A DNA stretch of 64,000 nt from Candidatus Sericytochromatia bacterium (GTDB lineage Bacteria; Cyanobacteriota; Sericytochromatia; S15B-MN24; UBA4093). Position numbers and translations under genes: made by a program. Each line of letters starts with the position of its first letter. The first letter of the stretch is position 1. Below, piece after piece: positions 29,239 through 37,965 of the stretch. The DNA lies in contig JAKFCT010000014.1 of NCBI GenBank assembly GCA_036676495.1, positions 1 to 64,000 on the forward strand, read 5' to 3'. The notes below the pieces were generated by a model. That model ran no database searches. It saw only the letters and a list, made by a program, of their open reading frames with translations, and was not told where the DNA came from.

Positions 29239-32200
29239 TTAGGACAAGCTGGGAAGGATGGCGACGAGGGCGTCCAGGACTTCCGGGTCGAAATGATCGC
29301 TCTCGCGCATCGCCTGAAGGGCCGCCTGGGGAGCATGCGCCTGCCGGTAGGCCGTGCCGGTGGTCATGCCGACGTAGGCCTCCGCCACCGCCAGGACCCG
29401 GGCCAAGAGCGGAATCTCCGTGCCGCGCAATCCGTCCGGATAGCCCGTCCCGTTCCAGCGCTCGTGATGGTGGCGGACCACCGGGACCACGTCCCGCAGC
29501 GACGTGGTCGTGCCGATGAGGCGCGCGCCGACCGTCGGGTGCGTCTCCACCACCCGGCGCTCCTGCTCCGTCAGCAAGGCGGGCTTGCGCAGGATGGCGT
29601 CCGGAATCGCCACTTCCCCGATGTCATGCAAGAGGGATGCCTGCTGCAACACGGCCAGCTCGGAGGCGTCGAGCCCCAGCTTCTGGCCGATGGTGTGGAC
29701 GGTCTCGGCGATGCGCTGGTTATGCGCGCGATGCTCGGTGTCGTTGGCCTCCAGCGCCCAGACCATGGTCATGAGCGCGTCGAGGTAGCCTTCCTGGCGG
29801 CGGGCGTCCTGTTGGAGGCGATCGAGGGCGATCGCGGCCTGAGACGCCAATCTCCGGCCCAGACGCTCGGAAGTCGCGCCGTAGTTTTCGGGGTGACGGC
29901 TGATCAAGAGCAGCATGCCAAGGGGGCGCGACTGGTGCAGGAGCGGGAAGCAGGCCATGGAACGCCCTCTCGTCCATTCCACGAGGCGCTCGAGCCCAGG
30001 CTCGGGGGAGTCGAGCGCGATCACGCGGCTGTTACCGTTGGCGATCGCCTCTCCCAGCGGTCCCTCATGGGGAGGGATGATCCAGCCGATCGACTCGCTC
30101 AAGGGCATGCCGTGGCTCGCGCGCAGGCGCAGCCCTCCCTGCGTGTCGGTCAGGAGCACCAGGGCCAGGTCGGATCGGGTCCCTTCCGCGGAAACTTCCA
30201 TGAGCGCCGAGAGGGCGGCATCGAGGTCCTCGACCCGCGTCATGCGCTCCTCGAGGCGATTGGCCAGCGTCATCTCACGGTTCACGTCCTGGTAGAACGT
30301 GTGCCAGACCTGAGACACCGCGAGGCGGAGGCTCTGCGTGAAGCCCTCGACGACTTCCATCACCTGGAGGCGGTCCTGCGGCGAGAAGGGGGCCTTCTGG
30401 ACATGCTGGCGGATGCTGTCGCATAGCGAAAGGATGACGGATTCGCTCTGCGTCAGGGAGATGCCGCGGGAGATCAGCTGGCCGACGCCCAGGCGAACCA
30501 GCCTGAAGAGCGGGCCGCTGCCCTCGGGCCCTTCATCCTTCGCGAGGCGTTCGGTGAGGCGGCGCAGGAGGGCTTCGAGGGCGGCCCGCCAGCGGGCGAT
30601 CTCGGCCTCTTCCATGGGGACTTCCAGGTCGGAGAGACGGCGGCGCAGCTCGGAGGCGTGCTCGTCGAGCCCGCCGAGGATGTAGTCCCTCCAGGCCTTC
30701 AGGTCCAGGGCCTTACCGCCTCGGGCGGGCGCCCGCTTCGGCAGCTCGGCCGTTCCGACCGGAGGCGCGTCCACCAGCATCGACAGCGAGCCCGGGGCGT
30801 TGGCGGCGCAGATCCGGTCCCGGCCGCCATGCTTGGCCTCGTAAAGGGCGGCGTCGGCCAGGTCGATCAACTCCTCGGGCTTGATTTCGCTGGCGAGGCG
30901 CGCGGCGATGCCGATGGAGGCCGTGACCTGCACCGGAGTCTGACCCCGGCCCCAGAAGGGATGACGGGCCAGGTTCTTGCGGACCCGCTTGGCGACCTCG
31001 AGCGCTTGCTCGCACGTCGTTTCCGGCAGGATGACGGCGAACTCCTCTCCGCCGTAGCGCGCCACGACGTCGGTTTCGCGCGTCGACTCCCGGAGGATCT
31101 GGCCGACCGAGCGCAGGACCTGGTCTCCGAGCAGATGCCCGTGCGTGTCGTTGAAGCGCTTGAAGTGATCGATGTCGATGAGCATCAGGGCCACGGAGTA
31201 GCCGAAGCGCGGCGCGCGGCGGAACTCGGCCTCGAGCTGCCGCTGGAAGTAACGTCGGTTGTAGACGCCGGTCAAGCCGTCGGTGATCGCCAGCTGTTGC
31301 GACGCTTGGTAGAGCTGGGCGTTGCGGATGGCGACCGCGGCATGACTCGCGATTACGGTGAGCATGCGCTCGCTTTCCGGAGGGAAGGCGCCCGGCGTGC
31401 GCTTGGCGATGGCGATCACCCCCAGGGTCGCCCCCTCGGAGGCGATGGGGATGGCGAGCAGCGCCCGGTGACCGAGCAAGGCCGGGTAGGCTTCCGGATC
31501 GAGCGTCGAGAGGTGAACGGGCTCGGAAAGCTCGGCCACGCGCCCGAGCGGACCTTCGCCCAGCGGAATCGCCGGGAGGCGCGGACTCGCCGGCTCAGTA
31601 GACGTGGCCTGGGCTTGAAGCGTCTGGGTCTCGGCGTCCTTGAGGAAGATCAAGCAGTCGTCGCACGCGACGACCTGGCGAATCTCGGATCCGATCATCA
31701 CCATGGTCTGGCGCAAGTCGATCTGGGCGCTGATGCGCTGGGCTATCTGGTGCAGGACCGAGAGCTCCTGGTGGGCCAGCGCCAGCGATTGCTGCTGCTG
31801 GTGCATCTTGAGGTAGAAGACGATCAGCCCGCCGGAGACCAGCAAGGGCATCAGCAGGAGGCCCGCGCCCATGACGCCATGCGTATGGTAGAGCAGGACC
31901 ATCAGGGCCGAAAGCGGCCCCAGCATGAGGGTGCTCAGAAGTTCCCAGCGATCGTCCTCCCAGAGCAGGCTGAAAACGGGAGCGCCTTTCACCAGGGCGA
32001 GGTAGCCGTTGACCAGGGTCACGTTGACCGCGAGGTAGGCCAGGGTCGCGGCGATGAAGAAGGGGACGTCCGTGATGGTCAGGGTTTCGGCCGGGGTGAT
32101 GCCGGCGGCCGAGAGCACGGCGTAGCTGGCCGAGTAAGAGAGGGTGTACTGGCCGAAGTTGAAGGCCGCCAAGGACCAGTGACGCCGATGGACCAGCATG

Positions 32201-32484
32201 TGGGCGACGAGGGTGACTCCCAGCAGGATCGCCACGGTGGCCGAGAGCCCCAGGATGAGCAGGGAGGCGAAGAAGATGGCGAAGCTGGTGGTCAGGCGCC
32301 CCCCGCGCGGCAGCGGCACGTCCACGAGCTCGGTGGCGACCCCCAGGACCAGCATGGCCCAGAAGACCCAGCTATCGATGGGCAATGGGGTGGTCGGGAG
32401 GATCCAGAGCCATGCCGCCAGCAGCGTGCCTGCGAGCGTCACGGCGCGGAAGTAGACGTTGGAGAGGACGGCGCGGTGGATCAC
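29239..32484 (-). CDS. Membrane sensor-GAF-GGDEF-helical-GAF-HD-GYP signalling protein
   Basis: Multi-TM N-terminus; TDGLTG, DIDHFK..ND..GH..GD, RETD..RYGGEEF; HDIG, HHERWNGTGYP. Confidence 0.92.
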   Translation of the reverse strand: MIHRAVLSNVYFRAVTLAGTLLAAWLWILPTTPLPIDSWVFWAMLVLGVATELVDVPLPRGGRLTTSFAIFFASLLILGLSATVAILLGVTLVAHMLVHRRHWSLAAFNFGQYTLSYSASYAVLSAAGITPAETLTITDVPFFIAATLAYLAVNVTLVNGYLALVKGAPVFSLLWEDDRWELLSTLMLGPLSALMVLLYHTHGVMGAGLLLMPLLVSGGLIVFYLKMHQQQQSLALAHQELSVLHQIAQRISAQIDLRQTMVMIGSEIRQVVACDDCLIFLKDAETQTLQAQATSTEPASPRLPAIPLGEGPLGRVAELSEPVHLSTLDPEAYPALLGHRALLAIPIASEGATLGVIAIAKRTPGAFPPESERMLTVIASHAAVAIRNAQLYQASQQLAITDGLTGVYNRRYFQRQLEAEFRRAPRFGYSVALMLIDIDHFKRFNDTHGHLLGDQVLRSVGQILRESTRETDVVARYGGEEFAVILPETTCEQALEVAKRVRKNLARHPFWGRGQTPVQVTASIGIAARLASEIKPEELIDLADAALYEAKHGGRDRICAANAPGSLSMLVDAPPVGTAELPKRAPARGGKALDLKAWRDYILGGLDEHASELRRRLSDLEVPMEEAEIARWRAALEALLRRLTERLAKDEGPEGSGPLFRLVRLGVGQLISRGISLTQSESVILSLCDSIRQHVQKAPFSPQDRLQVMEVVEGFTQSLRLAVSQVWHTFYQDVNREMTLANRLEERMTRVEDLDAALSALMEVSAEGTRSDLALVLLTDTQGGLRLRASHGMPLSESIGWIIPPHEGPLGEAIANGNSRVIALDSPEPGLERLVEWTRGRSMACFPLLHQSRPLGMLLLISRHPENYGATSERLGRRLASQAAIALDRLQQDARRQEGYLDALMTMVWALEANDTEHRAHNQRIAETVHTIGQKLGLDASELAVLQQASLLHDIGEVAIPDAILRKPALLTEQERRVVETHPTVGARLIGTTTSLRDVVPVVRHHHERWNGTGYPDGLRGTEIPLLARVLAVAEAYVGMTTGTAYRQAHAPQAALQAMRESDHFDPEVLDALVAILPSLS

Positions 32485-32582
32485 GGGCCTCGAGACCTAA
32501 AGGGACCAAGGGGACGGAGTGGACGTTCGTGCTTCAGTATACCACCCCCTCGCCCCTTCTCGACCTCTCCCGCCGATTTCCT

Positions 32583-32611
32583 TTGACGATTCGGCCTGTC
32601 TTCGGTATCAT
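32583..32611 (+). promoter_or_regulatory. Sigma70-type promoter of typA
   Basis: TTGACG-N17-TATCAT. Confidence 0.75.
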
Positions 32612-32662
32612 GGCAGATCGCGAATCTACAAACCCGATCAATTCTCAATCCGAGGAGTAAGT

Positions 32663-34447
32663 TTGAACGCCAATATCCGAAACGTCGCTATCATTGCCCA
32701 CGTCGATCACGGCAAGACCACCCTGGTGGACGGCTTGCTGCGCCAGTCGGGCGTCTTCCGCTCGAACGAAGTCGTCTCCGAGCGGGTCATGGACTCCGGA
32801 GACATCGAGCGCGAGCGTGGCATCACCATCCTGGCCAAGAACACGGCCGTCGAGTACTCCGGCCACAAGATCAACATCGTCGACACCCCCGGCCACGCCG
32901 ACTTCGGCGGGGAGGTCGAGCGCGTCCTCGGAATGGTTGACGGTTGCCTGCTCATCGTGGATGCCTTCGAAGGCCCCATGCCCCAGACCCGCTTCGTGCT
33001 CCGCAAGGCCCTCGAGCAGGGTCTCAAGCCGATCGTCGTCATCAACAAGATCGACCGCCCCGGCGCGCGCCCGGAGGAAGTCGTGGACCTCGTGCTCGAC
33101 CTCTTCATCGACCTCGGCGCCGACGACTCCCAGATCGAGTTCCCGGTGGTCTACGCCTCGGGCATCTCGGGCTTCGCCAAGACCCAGCTCTCGGACGAGT
33201 CCACCGATCTGCGCCCCCTCTTCGAGGCCATCCTCACCCACGTCCCCGCTCCCCTGGGGGATGCCTCCAAGCCCCTGCAGCTCCAGGTCACCACGCTCGA
33301 CTACTCCGAGTACCTGGGCCGCATCGTGATCGGCCGCATCCACAACGGCACCATCCGCGCCAGCGAGCCCAGCGTCCTGATCCGCGCCGACGGCAAGATC
33401 ACCAAGGGCAAGATCGCGAAACTCTTCACCTTCAGCGGCCTGAAGCGGATCGAGGTCGAGGAGGCCAAGGCCGGCGACCTGGTCGCCGTCGCCGGTTTCC
33501 CCGATGCCAACATCGGCGAGACCATCGCTTCGGCCGCCGATCCCATGCCGCTTCCGCTCATCCGCGTCGACGAGCCCACCCTCCAGATGACCTTCTCGGT
33601 CAACGACAGCCCCTTCGCAGGCCGCGAGGGCAAGTTCGTCACCAGCCGCCAGATCCGCGAGCGCCTCATGCGCGAGCTCGAAAGCAACGTCTCGCTGCGC
33701 GTCGAGGAAACCGACTCCACGGACGCCTTCCTCGTCAGCGGCCGCGGCGAGCTTCACCTCGGCATCCTGGTCGAGACCATGCGCCGCGAGGGCTACGAGT
33801 TCCAGATCTCGAAGCCCAAGGTCATCTTCCGCGACGTCAACGACGTCACCTACGAGCCCTTCGAGATGCTGGTGGTCGACGTCCCCGAGTGGGCGGCCGG
33901 AACCTGCATCGAGCGGCTCGGCCAGCGCCGCGCGGAGATGCAGAAGATGGATGCCACCGGCGAACGCTCCATCATCGAGTTCCTGATCCCGGCCCGCGGC
34001 CTGATCGGCTTCCGCAGCGAGTTCATCCGGGCGACTAAGGGTGAGGGCATCATGACCCACTCCTTTTTCGACTACCAGCCGCACGTCGGCGACATCGGCA
34101 GCCTGCGCAACGGCGTGCTGATCGCCCACGAGGATGGGGACTCGACCGCCTACGCCATCCAGAACCTGGAGGACCGCGGCCAGTTCTTCATCAAGCCCGG
34201 CGTCAAGGTCTACGCAGGCATGATCGTCGGCGAGCACAACCGGGCTCAGGATCTCGCGATCAACGTCTGTCGGACCAAGAAGCTCACCAACATGCGTTCC
34301 GCGGGCGGCGAAGAGCTGGTTCGGCTCACCCCGCCGGTGGACATGAACCTCGAACGCGCCATGGAGTACATCAACGAGGACGAACTCGTCGAGATCACTC
34401 CGCAGTCCGTGCGCCTGCGCAAGCAGAAGCTCAACGCGTTCAAGTAA
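32663..34447 (+). CDS. typA: Translational GTPase TypA/BipA
   Basis: [42 protein letters not shown]; TTG start after GAGGAG. Confidence 0.98.
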   Translation: MNANIRNVAIIAHVDHGKTTLVDGLLRQSGVFRSNEVVSERVMDSGDIERERGITILAKNTAVEYSGHKINIVDTPGHADFGGEVERVLGMVDGCLLIVDAFEGPMPQTRFVLRKALEQGLKPIVVINKIDRPGARPEEVVDLVLDLFIDLGADDSQIEFPVVYASGISGFAKTQLSDESTDLRPLFEAILTHVPAPLGDASKPLQLQVTTLDYSEYLGRIVIGRIHNGTIRASEPSVLIRADGKITKGKIAKLFTFSGLKRIEVEEAKAGDLVAVAGFPDANIGETIASAADPMPLPLIRVDEPTLQMTFSVNDSPFAGREGKFVTSRQIRERLMRELESNVSLRVEETDSTDAFLVSGRGELHLGILVETMRREGYEFQISKPKVIFRDVNDVTYEPFEMLVVDVPEWAAGTCIERLGQRRAEMQKMDATGERSIIEFLIPARGLIGFRSEFIRATKGEGIMTHSFFDYQPHVGDIGSLRNGVLIAHEDGDSTAYAIQNLEDRGQFFIKPGVKVYAGMIVGEHNRAQDLAINVCRTKKLTNMRSAGGEELVRLTPPVDMNLERAMEYINEDELVEITPQSVRLRKQKLNAFK

Positions 34448-34454
34448 AAACAGG

Positions 34455-34480
34455 GCGGGCCCGGCGTTTGCCGGGCCCGC
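34455..34480 (+). terminator. Hairpin downstream of typA
   Basis: GCGGGCCCGGC-GTTT-GCCGGGCCCGC; no U-tract on the + strand. Confidence 0.45.
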
Positions 34481-34528
34481 TCGCATGGTATGATGGCTTC
34501 GTCCAATCATTCATCACGGGGTTCGACC

Positions 34529-35041
34529 ATGTCGCTCGCCATCTACCCGGGGTCCTTCGACCCCATCACCAACGGGCACCTCGATATCCTGGTGCGCGCC
34601 AGCCAAATCTTCGACGAGGTGATCGTCGCGGTCTTGCAGAACACCTCGAAGAACTGCATGCTGGACTTCACCGAGCGCGTGGAATTGATCCAGGCGGTCA
34701 CCGCGGATCTGCCGCGGGTCTCGGTGGACTCGTTCTCCGGCTTGACCGCGGATTACGCGCGGCTCAAGGGGGCCAAGAACCTGATCCGCGGCCTGCGAGC
34801 CGTCTCGGACTTCGACGCCGAACTGCGCATCGCCCTGGCCAACAAAAAACTCAACCCCGAGCTCGAGACGGTCTTTCTGATGACGTCCTCGGACTACCTC
34901 TTCTTGTCCTCGAGCACGGTTCGCGAAATCGCCTCCCTGGGGGGACCGACCACCGGCATGGTTCCCGAGATCGTCGAGCGTCGCCTGAGCGAGAAGTTCG
35001 CTGCCCAGGTCGACAGGAGGAATGCGCTATCAATAAGCTAG
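34529..35041 (+). CDS. coaD: Phosphopantetheine adenylyltransferase
   Basis: AIYPGSFDPITNGHLDI, IRGLRAVSDF, LSSSTVREIA. Confidence 0.97.
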   Translation: MSLAIYPGSFDPITNGHLDILVRASQIFDEVIVAVLQNTSKNCMLDFTERVELIQAVTADLPRVSVDSFSGLTADYARLKGAKNLIRGLRAVSDFDAELRIALANKKLNPELETVFLMTSSDYLFLSSSTVREIASLGGPTTGMVPEIVERRLSEKFAAQVDRRNALSIS

Positions 35042-35481
35042 AGCAAGCCCTCTTCGCCATCGAAGAGTTGGTCGTGAAATGTCCCCGGATCCCCTTCAGC
35101 AGCCGCGCGCTGGTGGACGAGGATCGCTTGCTGGATCTGATGGAGGAGCTGCGGAGCCTGCTCCCGCAGGAGCTTCAGCAGGCCCAAGAGCTGGTCGCCC
35201 AGCGCGATCAGATGCTGGCAGACGCCCAGCGCCAAGCGGATCTCATGGTGAGCGAGGCGCGCCGCCAGGCGCAGGCCATGACGGCGGAGCACAGCGTTCT
35301 GCGCGAGGCGATGGCCGAGGCGGACAAGGTCCGCAAGCAACTCGAGCAGGACACCCTCAATCAGCAAGTCGGTGCCGACCGCTACGCCGAGGAGCTGCTG
35401 ACCGACCTGGAAGCCAAGATCGCGCGCGCCCTGACCATCATCCAGAACGGCCGCACGATGCTCAACTCCGAGAAGGCGTAA
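35029..35481 (+). CDS. Conserved coiled-coil (DivIVA-like) protein downstream of coaD; probable ATC start
   Basis: IEELV...RIPF...LVDED.LLDL...R..LP.EL..A and GADRYA..LL..LE pattern typical of the coaD-linked family. Confidence 0.8.
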   Translation: MNKLEQALFAIEELVVKCPRIPFSSRALVDEDRLLDLMEELRSLLPQELQQAQELVAQRDQMLADAQRQADLMVSEARRQAQAMTAEHSVLREAMAEADKVRKQLEQDTLNQQVGADRYAEELLTDLEAKIARALTIIQNGRTMLNSEKA

Positions 35482-35482
35482 C

Positions 35483-36331
35483 ATGGCCCGCGTGGCGATC
35501 GCCCAGGTTTCCCCCGTCCTGGGGGATTTGGACCGCAACCTCCGCACGCATCTGGAGCGCATCGAGTCGGCCCGCGAAGCCGGAGCGTCCCTGATCGTCT
35601 TCCCGGAACTCTCGCTGACCGGCTACTTCCTCAAGGACCTGACGGCCGACGTCGCCATGGCCCCCGATCACCCGGTCCTCGCCCGACTCGCCGAAGCGAG
35701 CCTCGGCATCGACATCGTGGCGGGTTACATCGCGCTCGAGGACGACCACGCCTACATCGCGGCCGGCTACTGGTCGCAGGGGCGCTTGATTCACCGCCAT
35801 CACAAGGCTTACCTCCCTACCTACGGCATGTTCGAAGAGGGGCGCTTCGTCACGGCGGGATTCAAGCTGCGGGCCTTCGACGCCCCGCTGGGACGCTCGG
35901 CGATGCTGATCTGCGAGGACCTCTGGCATCCCTCGACGGTGGGCATCGTCTCGGTGGACGGGGCCGACCTCCTGATCGGCATTGCGGCCTCGCCGGCCCG
36001 CGGCTTCGGGGGCGATCGCCCCGACAGCGCCCGCATCTACGAGCAGATGACCGAACTCTACGCCCGCCTCTACGGCCTCAACGTCCTCTTCGCCAACCGG
36101 GTCGGCTTCGAGGACGGCATCGGCTTCTGGGGCGGATCCCGGATCGTCGATCCCTTCGGAGTCGAGCGCGCCCGCGCACCCTACTTCGACGAGGCCTTGA
36201 TCGTGGCGGATATCGACCTCACGGCGAGCCACCGCGCCCGCCGCCTCATGCCGCTGACGCGCGACGAGCGTCCCGACCTCACCATCGCCGAATTGCAGCG
36301 GGTGCTGGCGCGGCGCGCGGAACGCCTCTAA
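35483..36331 (+). CDS. Nitrilase / carbon-nitrogen hydrolase family protein
   Basis: E-K-C triad: FPELSLTGY, HHKAYLPTYGMFEE, ICEDLWH. Confidence 0.9.
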   Translation: MARVAIAQVSPVLGDLDRNLRTHLERIESAREAGASLIVFPELSLTGYFLKDLTADVAMAPDHPVLARLAEASLGIDIVAGYIALEDDHAYIAAGYWSQGRLIHRHHKAYLPTYGMFEEGRFVTAGFKLRAFDAPLGRSAMLICEDLWHPSTVGIVSVDGADLLIGIAASPARGFGGDRPDSARIYEQMTELYARLYGLNVLFANRVGFEDGIGFWGGSRIVDPFGVERARAPYFDEALIVADIDLTASHRARRLMPLTRDERPDLTIAELQRVLARRAERL

Positions 36332-36340
36332 CCCCTCGAA

Positions 36341-36371
36341 GCGGGCCGTCCGGGACTTTCGGACGGCCCGC
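36341..36371. terminator. Hairpin after the nitrilase gene
   Basis: GCGGGCCGTCCG-N7-CGGACGGCCCGC. Confidence 0.6.
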
Positions 36372-36466
36372 AAACATGTGCGCGGATCACATTTTTTGAT
36401 CCCAATCCGCTCTAAACTTGGAGGGCCGCATCAACTACGCCTTGGCGTTTCTGAAGGAGGACCTCG

Positions 36467-36880
36467 ATGGCTTTCGACTCGGAGAATCCCGCGACTCAGC
36501 CCTGGAACGGGCTGGAGAATGCCTACAAGTCCAACGGGCGCCTGAGCGAGGACAACCCTGAGATCGTCGCCATCTTCCAGCAACTCAAGAACCTCCGCGA
36601 AGCCGACCGCAGCCTGCGCTCCCTGCGCCGGACCATGACCCTCGACAACATGCCCATCCTGGAGCCCGTGGTCGAGGAGGAAGTCGAGGACGTCGTGGCG
36701 GAGGCGGTGCCGGAAGCCCCGCGCAACGACCTCGAGCAGCTCCTGGAATCCTTCGTCGAACTCAAGCAGGAGAAGTCGACCCTGGAGGCCCGCTTCGCCC
36801 AGATGATGGATGCCGTCGGCCAGTTGCAGGAGACCGTCCAGAAGCAAGCCGCCGAAATCGAGCAGCTGCGCAACCGCTAG
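36467..36880 (+). CDS. Acidic coiled-coil hypothetical protein
   Basis: AAGGAGG RBS; flanked by hairpins; GC3-rich codons. Confidence 0.8.
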   Translation: MAFDSENPATQPWNGLENAYKSNGRLSEDNPEIVAIFQQLKNLREADRSLRSLRRTMTLDNMPILEPVVEEEVEDVVAEAVPEAPRNDLEQLLESFVELKQEKSTLEARFAQMMDAVGQLQETVQKQAAEIEQLRNR

Positions 36881-36902
36881 GGCGCTGTCAAACCTTCCTT
36901 TC

Positions 36903-36928
36903 AAGCCCCCCGAGTTCTCGGGGGGCTT
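36903..36928. terminator. Intrinsic terminator
   Basis: AAGCCCCCCGAG/CTCGGGGGGCTT. Confidence 0.7.
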
Positions 36929-36960
36929 CGCGCTGGCGGCTCATTTGCTAAGATAGCGGC

Positions 36961-37965
36961 ATGGAGAGGAGGGCGGTCATGGGACGTCGCATCGATCTAC
37001 ACGTCCATCTCGCGGGCCTTCAAGGGGATGGCTGCGGCTGCTTCGTCTCGGACCAGATGCGGCGGACGCTGACCTTTCGCATCCTCATGCGCCTCATGGG
37101 GGCGGACGTCCGGTTTCCCGCCCAGGCCAACGAAACCTACGTGCGGCGGCTCTCCGAACTGTTGGAGACGTCGACGGAGCTGGACTACGCATGTCTCTTC
37201 GCGATGGACGGGGTCTACGATGCCCGTGGCGAGCTCGTGCCGGCTGAGTCGCACCTCTACGTGCCGAACGCTTACGTCTTCGCGGCCAGCCGCCGCAGCC
37301 CCCACCTCCTGCCAGTGATCTCCATCAACCCGCAGCGCCATGATGCGCTGGAGGAGCTGGAGCGCTGGGGGGATCAGGCGATCGCCCTCAAATGGCTCGC
37401 TCCCATGCAGAAGTTCGACCCCTCAGAAGCCCGCTACGAGCCTTTTTACCGCAAGCTCGGCGAGCTGGGCCTACCGGTCATCGCCCATACCGGCTGCGAG
37501 CACACCTTCCCGGGCATGGAGCAGCGGCTGGGTAATCCAGTCCTCTACGAGCGCCTGATCCGGCAGGGAGTGCCGGTGATCTTCAGCCATTGCGGGACGG
37601 GCTCGTTTCTCTACCCCGGACACGACTACTCCGCAGCTTTCGTGGCCATGCTGGAGCGTTACGACAACGTCTACGGAGATACCTCGGCCTTCTGCTCGCT
37701 CGTGCGCTACAAGCAGGTGCGGCGCTTCGCCGCGGACCGCTACGCGGGACGGATCCTCCACGGCTCGGATTTCCCGATTCCCAGCAGCGCGCTTTACTTC
37801 CTGCCCGCCCTGGGCTTCGGGAAGGTGCTGGACCTCGAAAAGGGCCGGCACCCCATGGATCGCGACGTGAAGATCAAACGGGCCATGGGGATGCCGGACT
37901 CGGTTTTCGAGGGGGCTTACGCGTTGCTGGAGAAGCGGATCGCGTGCTGGGTGGCCAGCCGCTAA
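36961..37965 (+). CDS. Amidohydrolase family (TIM-barrel metallohydrolase)
   Basis: IDLHVH, AHTG, SHCG, GDTSA, HGSDFP; start 36961 or 36979. Confidence 0.88.
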   Translation: MERRAVMGRRIDLHVHLAGLQGDGCGCFVSDQMRRTLTFRILMRLMGADVRFPAQANETYVRRLSELLETSTELDYACLFAMDGVYDARGELVPAESHLYVPNAYVFAASRRSPHLLPVISINPQRHDALEELERWGDQAIALKWLAPMQKFDPSEARYEPFYRKLGELGLPVIAHTGCEHTFPGMEQRLGNPVLYERLIRQGVPVIFSHCGTGSFLYPGHDYSAAFVAMLERYDNVYGDTSAFCSLVRYKQVRRFAADRYAGRILHGSDFPIPSSALYFLPALGFGKVLDLEKGRHPMDRDVKIKRAMGMPDSVFEGAYALLEKRIACWVASR

